From NCBI GenBank assembly GCA_951406725.2, contig OX597818.1, forward strand, positions 90,582,001 to 90,646,000: DNA of 64,000 nucleotides, in the 5' to 3' direction. Made by a program: the position numbers and the translations under genes. Every line of letters begins with the position of its first letter. Within the stretch, counting starts at the first letter, position 1. The notes below the pieces were generated by a model. It did not search any database. It was not told the DNA's origin and was given only the letters and a program-made list of their open reading frames with translations. The stretch is from Octopus vulgaris. Its lineage: Eukaryota. Below are positions 14,840 to 45,548 of this stretch, one piece after another.

Positions 14840-15230
14840 ACTCACTGGTGGAATATTCCAGTGAAAAATTCAATAAAATGTAAACACAATAGACCTGATA
14901 TAATGATTTAGGAAGGAGAAGAGAAATTGCGTACAGTTGTGGAAATCAACTGCCCAGCGGATGTTAACGTAAAACCCAACGTCAGTGAAAATGAAAATAC
15001 CTACGCTGAACTATTGAGACATCTACAGTTACTCTATCCAGATTACAATTTCAGGTTTATGCCTGTAACAATCGGGGCACTGGGAAATGTAACACTGCCT
15101 AAATACTAATCTTGAGAAATTAGTCTTCTCGAAATCAGAAAGGAGGGAGCTGATTCAAAGACGACAGATCCAATTCCATCGCTGGAATTGAAAAATTCTG
15201 TAAAACTTGCCAGAAGTTTATCATTTAAGT
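14840..15230 (+). mobile_element. 3' fragment of an RLE-type (R4/Dong-like) non-LTR retrotransposon
   Basis: Translation WWNIP..KCKHNRPDIMI*..VVEINCPAD..TYAELL..PVTIGALG fits the PD..E restriction-like endonuclease domain. Confidence 0.75.
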
Positions 15231-15365
15231 ATATATGAGCTTGTTTAGATATGCAACTATATGCATGAAAATACATATATAAAGCAAAACATGCAAAACT
15301 GCACGCATACATACATACACACATTTATAGAGATCCACCATCAGTAAATGTCTGAAAATACATAT

Positions 15366-15413
<48 letters not shown>

Positions 15414-15442
15414 GCGCGCACACACACACACACATATACATA

Positions 15443-16449
15443 CTAGCAGTATCGCCCGGCGTTGCTCGGGTTTGTAAGGGAAATAACTATATAAGCATTT
15501 TTAGAGAGTTACTTCCCTTATAGATGCCAATTCGGGCTTTCTTAGCCAGTTCTGTTTTGGTGTCTTCAAGCCATGAAGTCGTTGTTCTAAAAGAACGCTG
15601 GTCTCCTTGACAACGCATTACGACGTTGAGTTCCTTACACTCCCTTCCCCACAGCTTCACGAGGGAGGGAAGAAGGGGGAGAAGCAAACACAGGTGCAGG
15701 TGTTTGAGCGTGGACGCCAACTCCGCCGCCATCGACACACGAAATATTATGCATTAAAATGGAATAAAAAATGATGTTAAATTATTTTTAAAATCGTAGA
15801 CTCATCGTAGACGCGCGCTAATACTCAGACGGGCTCGATATGAATCACGACTATAAGATACCCGAATTTGGTTAAACTGCACCGCAAAATGTGGGAGGAG
15901 TTAGGAATCTAAATCGAAGGGGACAGACACTCACACAACTACAGTTTTATATATAAAGACTAGCAGTATCGCCCGGCGTTGCTCGGATTTGTAAGGGAAA
16001 TAACTATATAAGCATTTTTAGAGAGTTACTTCCCTTATAAATTCGGGCTTTCTTAGCCATTTTTGTTTTGGTGTCTTCAAGCCATGAAGTCGTTGTTCTA
16101 AAAGAACGCTGGTTTCCTTCACAACGCATTACGACGTTGATTTCTTTACACTCCCTTCCCCACAGCTTCACGAGGGAGGGAAGGGGGAGAAGCAAACAGG
16201 TGCAGCTGTGAGCGTGGACGCCAACTCCGCCGCCATCGACATACGATGCATTTTATGCATTAAAATGAAATAAAAAATGATGTTAAATTATTTTTAAAAT
16301 CGTAGACTCATCGTTGACGCGCGCTAATAGTCAGACGGGCTCGATATGAATCACGACTATAAGATACCCGAATTTGGTTAAACTGCACCGCAAAATGTGG
16401 GAGGAGTTAGGAATCTAAATCGAAGGGGACAGACACTCACACAACTAGA

Positions 16450-16460
<11 letters not shown>
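15443..16460 (-). mobile_element. Head-to-tail dimer of the same non-autonomous Helitron (15443-15959; 15960 to about 16460)
   Basis: Two similar copies of about 510 bp, reverse-complementary to 28730-29242; junction reads CTAG|TC on the minus strand. Confidence 0.88.
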
Positions 16461-16494
<34 letters not shown>

Positions 16495-16768
16495 GCACGC
16501 GCGTGTGTGTGTGTATGTGTTTATTCCACCATCTCTTGACAACCGGTGTTGGCTTGCTTATGTCTCCTTAACTTAACAGTTCTGCCACAGAGATCGATAG
16601 AATAAGTACCAGGTATATAATTAAAAAAAAAGTACTAGAGTCTATTGGTTTGACTAAAATTCTTCAAGGTGATGATCCAGCACGGCCACAATCTAAAGAC
16701 TGAAATAAGTAAAAGCATATATACAAACACACATACATACATATACAAGTGTGTGTGTGTGTGTGTGT

Positions 16769-16804
<36 letters not shown>

Positions 16805-17811
16805 GTTTGCATTTCTAAGCAAAGAACAATTATTTCCCTATTAAAAGAATATTGGCAGAGATTCTTTCATTCAGATCAACATTTTGGCAGTGGCTAATGT
16901 CAATTACACGGCATTTGTGAAGTTTTCCTTGACAAACACCGGATGCTTGTAGTGACTATCGCCTACGCTACTTATATACTTTTACACAAATGATCAACGG
17001 TACCTCTATGTGGTCTCTCGGGCTGCTAGAAACCACTGTCGAAAATGACTGATACTCACACGTTACCATTGTGCAGATACAAAGAAAACATAAAATAATA
17101 ATAAATGCACCCTTTTAAAGCCTAGCAAGGCTCATGGGCCCGGTTTTCCGGTTTCAATGGCGTATATGTTCTCCAGCTGGACGGGACGCCAGTCCAACGC
17201 AACGTTACTCATTTTTGCCAGCTGAGTAGACTGGAGCAACGTGAAATGAAGTGGTTTGCTCAAGAACATAACGCGTCGCCCGGTCCAGGAATCGAAACCA
17301 TAATCTTACAGTCATGATGCTGACACCCTAACCACTAAGCCACGCGCCCCCACACACAAAGAAAACACAGCTAATGTAATCTTGCATGCCCTAAAAAGAC
17401 AAGATGGCCACGGCTGAAATGCTTTAGGCTATAGATTTATAAAATGGCTTAGTCTAAAATATTCAATATCCCATGATGTAGAGTAGCTCGAAAAAAGGAT
17501 TCTTCATCGGCGGAAAATCTTACATAAGTATGATTTCGTTAAATCAGAACTTTTACCGAAGTCGCCATTATATGACGTTCAGAAATAGGATTTAGAATAT
17601 AAAGTATTTGTAGAAATGCTCTAATCTAGTCACAGGCAAACAAAAAATTACCTTCATTTTTTTTTTTAATTATGAGATCTATAGCGAACCATTTATCATG
17701 CGGCCCGCTTCTAGGAAAATGTTGCCCATACGTTGGATTAGAATGTAATCTAACTTGTATCTGGATTAGGACTATTTTTAGTGGATATATTGAGGTTTAT
17801 CCCATTTGTAG

Positions 17812-18115
17812 TGGCGGCGCAATGGCCCAGTGGCTAGGACAGTGGACTCGCGGTTTTGATTCCCAGGCCGGGCGTTGTGTGTGTTTATTGAGCGAAAACA
17901 CCTAAAAGCTCCACGAGGCTCCGGCAGTGGGGTGATGGCGACCCCTGTTGTACTCTTTCGTCCCAACTTTCTCTCACTCTTTCTTCCTGTTTCTTGAGTA
18001 ACGCTGCGATGGACTGGCGTCCCATCCAGCTGGGAGGAACACATACGCCATAGAAAGCGGGAAACCGGGCCCATGAGCCTGGCTAGGCTTGAAAAGGGCA
18101 CATAAATAAATAAAT
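17812..18115 (+). mobile_element. tRNA-headed SINE family C (representative). Relatives at about 3140-3380(-), 17105-17350(-), 18537-18830, 43770-44090, 59065-59200, 63640-63780(-)
   Basis: A box tggcccagtggctagg, B-box-like ggttttgattcc, 3' gcgatggactggcgtccc..ggaaaccgggcccatgagcctggctagg. Confidence 0.82.
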
Positions 18116-20815
18116 AGAAATCCTATTTGTAAAAGAGATGCTGATGGAAGAGGAAATAAATTAATAATAACAACAATAAAATAGTTGATAAAATTCGATA
18201 CTTTTGAATTGTAAATGAATTATATTAAGCCAGCAGTTAAACCATCTTGAACGTGAAATTCGTTAAGCATCGCCCAGTTGTCCATACAATAAATTACCAG
18301 TGATGTACTGGGGATTCATGTAGTTGAATAACTCCTTCTCTCCAAATTGTTAGCCCTACGAATAAATGAGAACAATTTTAAAATTACTTCTAATTAGTAT
18401 CGAAGCAAATAAAATTTTCAGGGATGATTTTAAGTATCAAAATAGTCCCCACTATGCTTTCACTTTAATCTATTTCAAGAAGATTAAACATACACTAGAC
18501 TCCTCCATTATTTGAATTGCGTACTATTAAGTAAGAAGGAGTCACATGGCCTAGTCGTCAGAGCAGCGGACTCGCGGTCGAGGGATCGCGGGTTCGAATC
18601 TCAGACCGGGCGATGTGTGTGTTTATGAGCGAAACACCTAAGCTCTACGCGGCTCCGTCAGAAGGTAATAGCGAACTTCTGACTCTTTCGCCACAACTTT
18701 CTCTCACTCTTTCCTCCTGCATCTTGTAGCTCACCTGCGACGGCCCAGCGTTCCATCCAGGTGGGGAGCCTATACGCCAAGGAAACCGGAAAAGCAGCCC
18801 TATGAGCCAAGCGTGGCTCGAGAAAGAACAAACAAACAAAAACAAGTAAGAACACAAGAACTAATCATACAACAGACCTCCCTAAATCCTCATGTTACTG
18901 ACAGTACCGAGGACATCAGGGACTCTGGGTATCTGGTGATACTACAAGAGTTGAAATTGGTCAGTGAGCAAAACGTGCAACAGTTTCTCTCCGTCACTAA
19001 ACCCTTTGTTTAAGTACGGCGCTCCAGGTTTATATAGTGAAACTATGATCACTTAATGGTGATATGCTGGTTTCAAATTGGTTTCAAATTTTGGTACAAG
19101 GCCAGTAATTTCGGGGAAGGTGGTAAGCAAAATATATCGTCCTCAGAGCTCAACTGGTATTTATTTCATCGGCCCCGAAAGAATAAAAGGCAAAGTCGAC
19201 CTGGGTGGAATTTGAACTCAGAACATAAAGACAGATGAAATGATGCTAAGCATTGTGCCCGGCGTGCTAACATTACTTATTTCTATATTGCCCACAAGGG
19301 GCTAAACATGGAGGGGACAAACAAGGACAAAGGGATTAAGTCGATTACATCAACCCTAGTGCGTAACTGGTACTTAATTTATCGACCCGAAAGAATGAAA
19401 GGCAAAGTCGACCTCGGCGGAATTTGATCTCAGAATGTAATGGCAGACAAAATACCTATTTCTTTACTACCCACAAGGGGCTAAACATAGAGAGAACATG
19501 CAAGGAAAGACAAACGGATTAAGTCGATTCTATCGACGACAGTCCCTAACTGGTACTTATTTAATCGACCAGGAAAGGACGAACGGCAAAGTCGACCTCG
19601 GCGGAATTTGAACTCAGAACGTAACGGCAGACGAAATACGGCATTTCGCCCGGCGTGTTAACGTTTCTGCCAGCTCGCCGCCTTTCCACGATGCTGATAT
19701 ATTGCAACAGGGAATATAAGAGAAGTTATCATCCACCACCTACTAACATATAATGCAAAAATATTACTTGGCAAGTAAGATTTCGGGTTATTGGGGCCTT
19801 GCAAGAAAACATCATCTGCATGTGGTGCATCTAAGCTAAATTATTTCAGCTGAATCCACATCTATTCGAGATATATTGATGAGTAAAATTAAAATCAAAA
19901 CATGATATAAAGTAGGACGGGTGGGGTGCCGAGGGATTCATTAGAGTGTCTGAAAAAATGCCTTGCAGATAAAATAAAATACCAATCAAATACTACTGTT
20001 AAAGGTATCGTCTATCACCTACATTCAAAATTGATGGCTTAGTACCTAAACTATAAATTGATTGCTAATCAGGAAAAGTGGGAGCTGGCATGTTAGTGGA
20101 ATCAGTAAGCGATTCATGAAAAAATATTTTTCGGTAGTTATTCCACTTTTTTACGTTCTAAGTTCAAATCCCACCGAAATTATTTTCACCTTTTAATAAC
20201 AAAGGTGTCAAGAGGGCGGTAAGCTTGTAGAATCGTTAGCACGCCGGGCAAAATGCTTAATGGCATTTCGCCTGTCTTTTTGTTCTGAGTTGCATTTCCG
20301 CCTCGGGGTCCATTTCCGTCTCATTTTCCGGGGTCGATAAAATAAGTGACAGTTGATCCCTGAGGTTGGTGTAATCGACTTAAGCCCTTCCCAAAATTAC
20401 TTGCTGGCCTTGTGCCAAAGTTTGGAACCAGTATAAAGAAGTCAATAATATAAAGTACAATAATACGAATTCAAGTCCTGGAGTCAGGTAATGGACAATC
20501 TCCCTCCCCTCAAATGTTTCTGATCTTGTGCTTACATTACTGGCCTTGTGTCAAAATTAGAAGTCATTATATACTTATAAGTAGTGTAAATCAATCTTCT
20601 CATTGTTCAGAATTGATAAACAACCCTCAGATAAACATCCATTAATGCTATATCGCCAGAAGAAATGAATGCATGAACATGGTTTACCGGATGTCTATGG
20701 ATACCATGAACAGCACTGTAATCATTCCACGAATACGGACTGTGATATTAAAAACATGTGATTTGTGGAAACGCGCGTAGGGTTGTATCAAAATATTCAT
20801 CAATTCCATCCAAGG

Positions 20816-20882
<67 letters not shown>

Positions 20883-21133
20883 TTATTCTACATTATATCG
20901 GCACGACTCCAAAAACTTGGTGTCGCTGGTTGGCATCATTGGGCTGTAGCCTGCATAGTAGAAAAGAAACTTTTATATGCAAATTCAAAACGTTTCCCGT
21001 AAACGAACTTAATATATATTGGCCTGTTCGCTTAGCCAGTGGGGTGGCGTCATTTGAAGGCTAAAATAATGCAAAACGCATTGTGACCAGCGATGTGTAG
21101 CAACATCTGATAGCCTGGTCGGTCACGGTGATC

Positions 21134-21180
<47 letters not shown>

Positions 21181-21184
<4 letters not shown>

Positions 21185-22740
21185 GATAAATTAGATGTTT
21201 CGACCAAAGATTGGTCCAGGCCATGTCTAACTTAATAGCACCACCTGATAGGATTATTCGAATCCTGTTTAAGTCAAGTTTTGTTTAAGTCAAATTTTGT
21301 TCAAGTAGTGAGTTCTTGTTGGGTGAGTTGTATCCAGTTTTGTTCAAGTAGTGAGTTCTTGTTGGGTGAGTTGTATCCAATTATGGGTGGCTTATCTGGT
21401 ATTCTTTGAAGGAATCTATCCAGACTCTGTTTAAAGTTGATGGGATCCTTTTCCTCTTTGATCTCCCTCGGGACAATGTTAAATAGGGCAGGGCCTGTTG
21501 GGGAAAAGAAATTATGTTGCAGTGTACATGTATGTTGTGATCTTGAATTTGGCAGGGGACGTATAGCCCGTGGTCCAAGTCTTGGATGAACCTTGAAGCT
21601 AATGTTTAGGTCGTTTGGGCAAAGTTGGCGGTATATTTTCCACATCGTACAAATGATGTACCGCTCACGGCGACGCTGGAGGGAGTAAAGTTTCAAGGCT
21701 TTAAGGCGATCCCAATAATCGAGAGCAGCCATGCCTTCAATTTGTTTAGTGAGAGCCCTCTGGGGTGACTCAATTCTGGAGATGTTTTGTCTTGTGTGAG
21801 GAGACCACAGTGGGCAGCAGTATTCAAGGTGTGGCCGTTCAAAGGAGGAAAAAAGTGGTAGATGACACCTTGTTCTCTGGACCGGAAAGTTCTTAAGATC
21901 CAGGAACTCATCCTACGAGCTATATCGACCTTCTTGTTGATGTGTGCACTCCAACTGAGATCGTCATCAACAATTACACCCAGGTCTCTGATATTGTTAG
22001 AGGCTGTGAGCGGTTCCCCTGAATGAAGAGAGTATGGTTGTTTTAGTGAGGAATTTCTTCCAAAATGCATAAGCTCAAATTTTCCCTCATTCAGTTGCAT
22101 TTTGTTTCTGTCTGCCCATTGACTCACAGCATATAGATCAGACTGGAGTTGAGTTCGGTCTGCTTCATCATTGACGATTTGCTGGAGCTTAGTGTCATCA
22201 GCGAATATTTTCACTTTGCAGTAATGTACGACACTGGAAAGGTCGTTTACGTAAATTATGAAGAGTAGCGGACCCAAAACAGTTCCTTGGGGAACACCGC
22301 TGGTGACTTTTGCTGGGTTTGAGTGGACTCCATCAACTACAACATGTTGTGTTCTATTCGCCAGGAAATACTTAATCCAGTGTAGAACTTTTCCACGGAT
22401 TCCAACATTTGCCAATTTTGAGAGTAGGATGCTATGGTCTACCCTGTCGAACGCTTTACTGAAGTCAAGATATATGACGTCAGAGTTCGAACCTGTTCCC
22501 AAGGCTTTGAGTACATCTTCAATGTGGTGTAAGAGCTGTGTTAGACAGTCCCTGCCACAGCGAAAGCCATGCTGATTTGAATTTAGGAGTTTGTGGGTCT
22601 CCAGGAAGTCAGCTATCCTTGATCTTAACACTCTTTCAGACACTTTAATGATGTGGGAGGTGAGTGAGATTGGGCGATAGTTGACTGCGAGGGATCTGTT
22701 TCCCTGTTTGAAAACCGGGATGACCGACTGGGATAGAAAC
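21181..22740 (-). mobile_element. 5'-truncated CR1/L2-group LINE (reverse transcriptase and 3' end)
   Basis: 349-aa ORF with NYRPISLT, QHGFR, YLDFSKAFD, GVPQGTVLGP and IFADDTK; frameshifted C-terminus (SLQRRRERY); 3' hairpin and short repeat tail abutting (TA)n. Confidence 0.93.
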
Positions 22741-22752
22741 ATATATATATAT

Positions 22753-22897
22753 CATAAGGGACTAAAGCCATCTGAATATGGCTAGGGACAGGGCAGGGTG
22801 GTGGGGGTGTTACTGTTGCATTTAGCCCCAGGAACAGTAACACCCCCACCACCCTGCCCTGTCCCTAGCCATATTCAGATGGCTTTAGTCCCTTATG
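22753..22897. repeat. Perfect 65-bp inverted repeat with 15-bp spacer
   Basis: 22753-22817 is the reverse complement of 22833-22897; followed by a tail of about 40 bp and (TA)n. Confidence 0.93.
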
Positions 22898-23802
22898 TTA
22901 TGGAGCAGTTACTGTCTATATCTCATTTAGAGAATTATTATATATATATATGTTTGCATTCAAAAGTTCCTGCTTAGACCATCTTGAAAATAACAGCTGC
23001 TTGACATTTGATCCTGCTGGGCTTGTGGTTTAATCAGTGGTGTTGAAAACAAATATAACTAGCCTAGAGATGCTCAGTCTCTGCTTGTGATCTGTCTTCG
23101 TGTTATTACTCTTAACATTCAGAGGGAATTAGTCTTGAGCCTTCGGATCACGTAGCTTGAATCCAGTGTTGTATTGTTACATGATTAGGATGGACTGGGT
23201 CTGAGCCCCAACAGACGTCACCTTCAGACACGAGTCGACGATGCCATCATGTCCTGTTTTTAAGCCGTAATAAATAATTATTGAGATCAAAGGTTCAATA
23301 TAATAAATTGATGTTTCTTCATTAGTAATTATAATTACATGTTGTATAAATATAAATCATATAAATTAATAGACGGATTATAATATATTAAGGTGGTGAG
23401 CTTGTAGAATCGTGAGCGCGCCGGGCAAAAATACTTAGCACATTTTCGGTTGTCTGCACGTTCAAATTCAAGTTCCGTCGAGGTCGACTTTATCTTTCAT
23501 TCTTTCGGTGTCGATAAATTGAGTACTGGGTTCGATGTCATCGACTAACACCGTCCCCGAAATTACAAGCCTTGTGCCAAAACTTAAACCCAAAATATAA
23601 TATAATTTAATATTTGATCTTATTTCTCACTTCAGACGAGAACCTCTGCTCCATTTAACTGAAATGCTACAGAAGATAGGAACAATTTACTTGATTCAAT
23701 CCGAGGGATTAATTAAAATCCAGTGTCTAATTAACGTCCCTTTAACATTTTATTCAGTGGTTAATTTGTTTAGTTTTTAAATGTATTTATGTGCTTCCAA
23801 AT

Positions 23803-23845
<43 letters not shown>

Positions 23846-23884
23846 ATATACATATATATACGTATATACGTGTGAGTGTTTGTG

Positions 23885-23915
<31 letters not shown>

Positions 23916-23943
23916 GTGTGTGTGAGTGTGTATGTGTGTACAC

Positions 23944-24013
<70 letters not shown>

Positions 24014-24315
24014 ACGCTCAATCAATATCTCTCCTCTTGTTTTTCATTTAAACCTGGTTACACATCCCTGTCATTATTTTCTACTGCACTCTAATGCCGT
24101 TTAGAACAGTCACACTCAACAGAGCTATCCTTAATTGCTTTGAGCAATTACACTAGCTGTATACATATATGCACACATACGTATGTGTAAATGCTTATAA
24201 TTAGTGAGAATATATATGTGTGTGTATGTGTAAGTATGCATGTGCGTATGTATATATGTATGTATATACATACATATATACATGTATATCAGTGTTTTTA
24301 CACCATTTATCTGCA

Positions 24316-24364
<49 letters not shown>

Positions 24365-24380
24365 GTAGGCAGACAAACAC

Positions 24381-24535
<155 letters not shown>

Positions 24536-24549
24536 GCAGACAAACACAG

Positions 24550-24586
<37 letters not shown>

Positions 24587-24787
24587 CTTACATGCACACA
24601 TATACATGTGTGTATGTATGTGTTTGCTGAAATTAGTAGAAAAATGTAAAAGTAAAACAAACGAAGAAATTCAAGAAAAATGAAAATAAATAAAAATAGA
24701 AAATTAAGAAAAATTGAAACAAAGAGCAAATGACAAAAACCGTACCAAGACAATGGGACAAAAGAACCAGAGAAACGTAAAACCAAA

Positions 24788-24826
<39 letters not shown>

Positions 24827-25008
24827 AGAGAGAGAGAGAGAGGGAGAGAGAATTAAAGAAAGGAAGAAAGAAAGAGAAATACGAATAAACAACGGGAGAA
24901 TGACAGAAAGCAAAATGGAGATCTTGATGGAGATAAAGGTGAATGGGGAGAAAGTGGGAAGAGTGGGAGTATGGAGAAATTGAAGGATATAGTTAAGTGA
25001 GGTAAAAC

Positions 25009-25018
25009 TATATATATT
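25009..25018 (+). promoter_or_regulatory. Candidate TATA box of the S-crystallin gene
   Basis: TATATATATT about 80 nt upstream of the ATG in unique sequence. An upstream non-coding exon cannot be excluded (ttcttctcag ends at 25070). Confidence 0.45.
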
Positions 25019-25090
25019 GATCTCTTGATTAGATTCGGCCCTGAATCAACACAAGAGGTTTTCTTCTCAGACACATCACATATCCCAACC

Positions 25091-41762
<16,672 letters not shown>

Positions 41763-42167
41763 ATCGTTAACCACAAACATATCGACTTCTCCCTATGAAA
41801 CCCCTAGATATTACACTGTAAACGAAGAACATGGACATTCAAATTTGGAAACCTAAAAAAACCGAGACCGTTCCCTTTGAGTTGAATTGAAGTGATGTGT
41901 CACGTGAATTATGTGAGAATTGATGAGAAAACGCAAGCCGATGCATGAAATCTTACTGACGTTTTCTTTTCCAATTAGTCGCAATAATTTTTAGTAGGAC
42001 GCTGCACATTCCTACACAGAAGCATCTGTATACAAAACGTATTTGTACAGTGGCATCTCTGTAAATGTTGTAAGTTAATTATAATAATAATGATAATAAT
42101 AATTACTATATGCATATACCATAAATAATTATTATTATATTATAATGTTAAGAAGAATAGTGTTATT

Positions 42168-42173
42168 AATAAA
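42168..42173 (+). terminator. Candidate polyadenylation signal of S-crystallin
   Basis: AATAAA about 400 nt after the stop, followed by T-rich sequence. Confidence 0.5.
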
Positions 42174-43239
42174 AAAAGTTATTTCCCATCATAATTTGTT
42201 CCATTCGTTATTAATGTATTGTGCCTATGAATACCATACTTACAAAATCAGCATTTCCATATGAATACTTTGGTAAGATAGTAGAATGCCTTATATAATT
42301 TTCTAACCAAATCATTGAAACGTCGACCAAAATACCTTAGTGAAAATCTCCCAATTTTAAATTTGTTTTGTATCCAATATTAATATAGATACACTAAAGT
42401 AACGCAGTATTCTTTGAGGAGTATGTCATGCTGAAAATTTGTAAAAAAAAAAAAGACTTAACATAGTATTATATGAACAAAACAAAGCAAAAACTTAGAG
42501 ACGATTCCCAACCACATGGTTCTGGGTTCAGACCCACTGTGTCTGCTATTGCAGCCTTGAGCTGACCAAACCGTGGAAACTGAAACCTCGCTGTGTGCGT
42601 GCAAGCGTGTGAGTGTGTGTATAATTGCGCGCGTGTATCTGTGTGCATTTATGTATAAATACATGTGTGTGTGTGTGCATGCATGTTTGTGTATTTATTT
42701 GTCCTCCCGTGCCACTTCATAGACGGTGTTAATTTGTTTACATTCCTGAAACTTAGTGGTTCGTCAAAAAGGCTCAGACAGATTAAGGACCAGACTTTTG
42801 AAAATACCCCAGCATGGCTGCAATCCACTAACTGAAGCAAAAAAATAAACGATAAAGAAATATTAGTTTTATATAAATATATTTCCTTGTAATTCCTTAA
42901 TATCAGTTTCATGCTTCATATTATGACGAAACGGTTATCTCCCTTGTAATAGATGTGAATGTCACGGAATAAAAGGTAACACAAGTCCATTAAATACAGC
43001 TAGAAGGTTGACAAAATACATCATACAGGAACTTAATGAAACTGATCGCTGACAGCTTAATGACACCAAAACAACACCATTCTTTACCATACAATTTAAC
43101 ACAAATATACATAACATCTTTTGTGTCTACTTGATGTATTGAGTACCATACTTTAATTGTGGTCCCTTCTGTTTTTTACGGAATCTCCATCTACAAATAA
43201 TACATGCATACATACAGGTACAGAAAGAAGCAAAGAATG

Positions 43240-43302
<63 letters not shown>

Positions 43303-45503
43303 GAGAGATAGATAGATAGATAGAGAGAGAGAGGGTGTAGATAGATAGATAGACAGATATAACAAAACACAACACAAAACGCCGGCTGATAAATTACTGG
43401 CCAATTCGCCGATCGTATGTATAGTACAAAAATATCACTTCAATATTTTACTATTTCTCCGATTCTGTACCACAATACCAGTTCTCTCACCTAATCGTTT
43501 TAGCCATACCTCGCTTTCTTGCTCACTCAAGCTCAATGCTCCTGGCTTTGTTTGAAAGACAATACAGGAGGATCAGTTAATTATGATTTTATTTGCCTAT
43601 TGGACTGGCATTCTTATTGCAGCGATCCATCAGTTTTTCTAAGCACTTTAAGAGAACTCGGAAGGTTGGGTCTCCAAGCAGGCCTTTCAGGATACCCTTA
43701 AAACCAGGAACTTTTCAGCACCCTCTTGTACACACCGATTAATAAGCATATATTACATCATACTGTGAAGGCGCGTGGCTTAGAGGTTAGGGCATTCCGC
43801 CCACGATTGTAAGGTCGTGAGTTTGATTCCCGGCGACGCGTTGTGTTCTTGAGCAAGGCACTTTAGTTTATGTTGCTCCAATCCACTCAGCTGGCAAAAA
43901 TGAGTTGTACCTGTATTTCAAAGGGCCAGCCTTGTCACACTCTGTGTCACGCTGAATCTCCCTCACAACTACGTTAGGGGTGCACGTGTTTGTAGATTGC
44001 TCAGTCACTTGCACGTTAATTTCACGAGCAGGCTGTTCCGTTGATCGTATCAGCTGGGACCCTCGTCGTCGTAACCGACGGAGTGCTCCTTTATTACATC
44101 ATACTGATGATTGTATCATGTTCTCACAAATGACAAATGAGAGGCTTGCTACTGATCCAACTCTATGTCAATTGCACAGAAATCTGCATCCAAGACAATA
44201 AACGTAAATAGAACATTTGACATCGTTATAACTATCGACTAAAACATTTTATTCAGAAATGTTTACCGCCACCTCATTATGGCTTTTCGACGTTACTACC
44301 GTTTCAACAACCTTCACCCTGTATATATTGCAAGCAGGGTAACGAACCCTTACTACCCACTATCAGACGATAGGATAACGAGACCGAACGGTTTCGGACT
44401 AATTGTACCTATCATCAGACGGGAACACCCGTTCGCTAGAAATAGCAGGAATTCGCTCCAGCTCGCAGTATATTGAAAACTAAGCGACCATCAGTCACAG
44501 CTGTATTGATATGGCGATATACATTACTTCTTAATACAGTTACTACTTTTATCTCTTAATGAGATTTTCTAATTAGCTATTTTGATTCGTTTTATTTATT
44601 AATGATATAGAATAAAATAAAGTGAATGCAATAATTTCTGGTGTTTTTTAATGCATGACATGACGCTTCTGCAATTTAAATATGCGTTCTTGGATAGGGT
44701 AAGGGCCAATGCAGTTGCAACTTCATACCATAGTGTTTCTGTGGTTATTGTGTTGTTTTTACTCTTATTTCTAGCCATACCGATGCCGGAGCTACTAATC
44801 GTCCATACATTGAAGATAGTATCTAGGCAGGTGTTTTTACACTACGCTTAAATCTTACTTTTTTATTGGGCCAATGTTTATTCCAGTTACATGTAAGAAA
44901 TCTGATCCCTTCATTAGCATATCAGAACAAATACATTACGATTTTTGGATTGGTTCTTTGCATTCTGAGCTGAAATCCTACCGAGGCCAGTTTGCATTTC
45001 ACTTTGTCGGAGTCAATAAAAATAATGCACCAGTCAAACATTGTGGTCTATGGTATCGACTAACTCCCCCTTACTCCCGCCCTAAAATCTGCTGACGTCA
45101 TGCATTAACCATGCCCTATTATTTGTAGGAAACATAGTCCTGTTTACTGTAGGCACAAGGCCTGAAATTTTGAGGACTGGAACTAATCGCTGACTTTGAC
45201 GGAATCTGAACGCAGAACGTAAAGGCAGACGAAATACTGTTCAGCATTTTGTCCGGCGTAGAAATGATTCTGCTAACTCACTCTTATTTACTCTTAAACT
45301 CTTACTTGTTTCAGTCATTTGACTGCGGCCATGCTGGAGTACCGCCTTTAGTCGAGTAAATCGACCCCAGGACTTAATCTTTGTAAGCCTAGTACTTAAT
45401 CTATCGGTCTGTTTTGCCGATCCGCTAAGTTACGGGGACGTAAACACACCATCATCGGTTGTCAAGCGATGCTGGGGGGACGAACACAGACACACAAATT
45501 TAT

Positions 45504-45548
<45 letters not shown>

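Noticed and set aside
18537-18610. tRNA-like sequence with A and B boxes
   Set aside because: Continues directly into a SINE body and has no convincing acceptor stem, so it is a SINE head, not a tRNA gene.
24995-25050. AP-1/ARE element as described for squid S-crystallin promoters
   Set aside because: Only imperfect matches (TGAGGTAA, TGAATCA); not supportable without conservation data.
25025-25090. N-terminal extension of the ORF-track 89-aa ORF
   Set aside because: Starts at a TTG; family proteins begin MPSYTL and the ATG at 25091 has good context.
44104-44180. CTGATGA as another hammerhead core
   Set aside because: No compatible stem II, GAAA and stem I arrangement found downstream.
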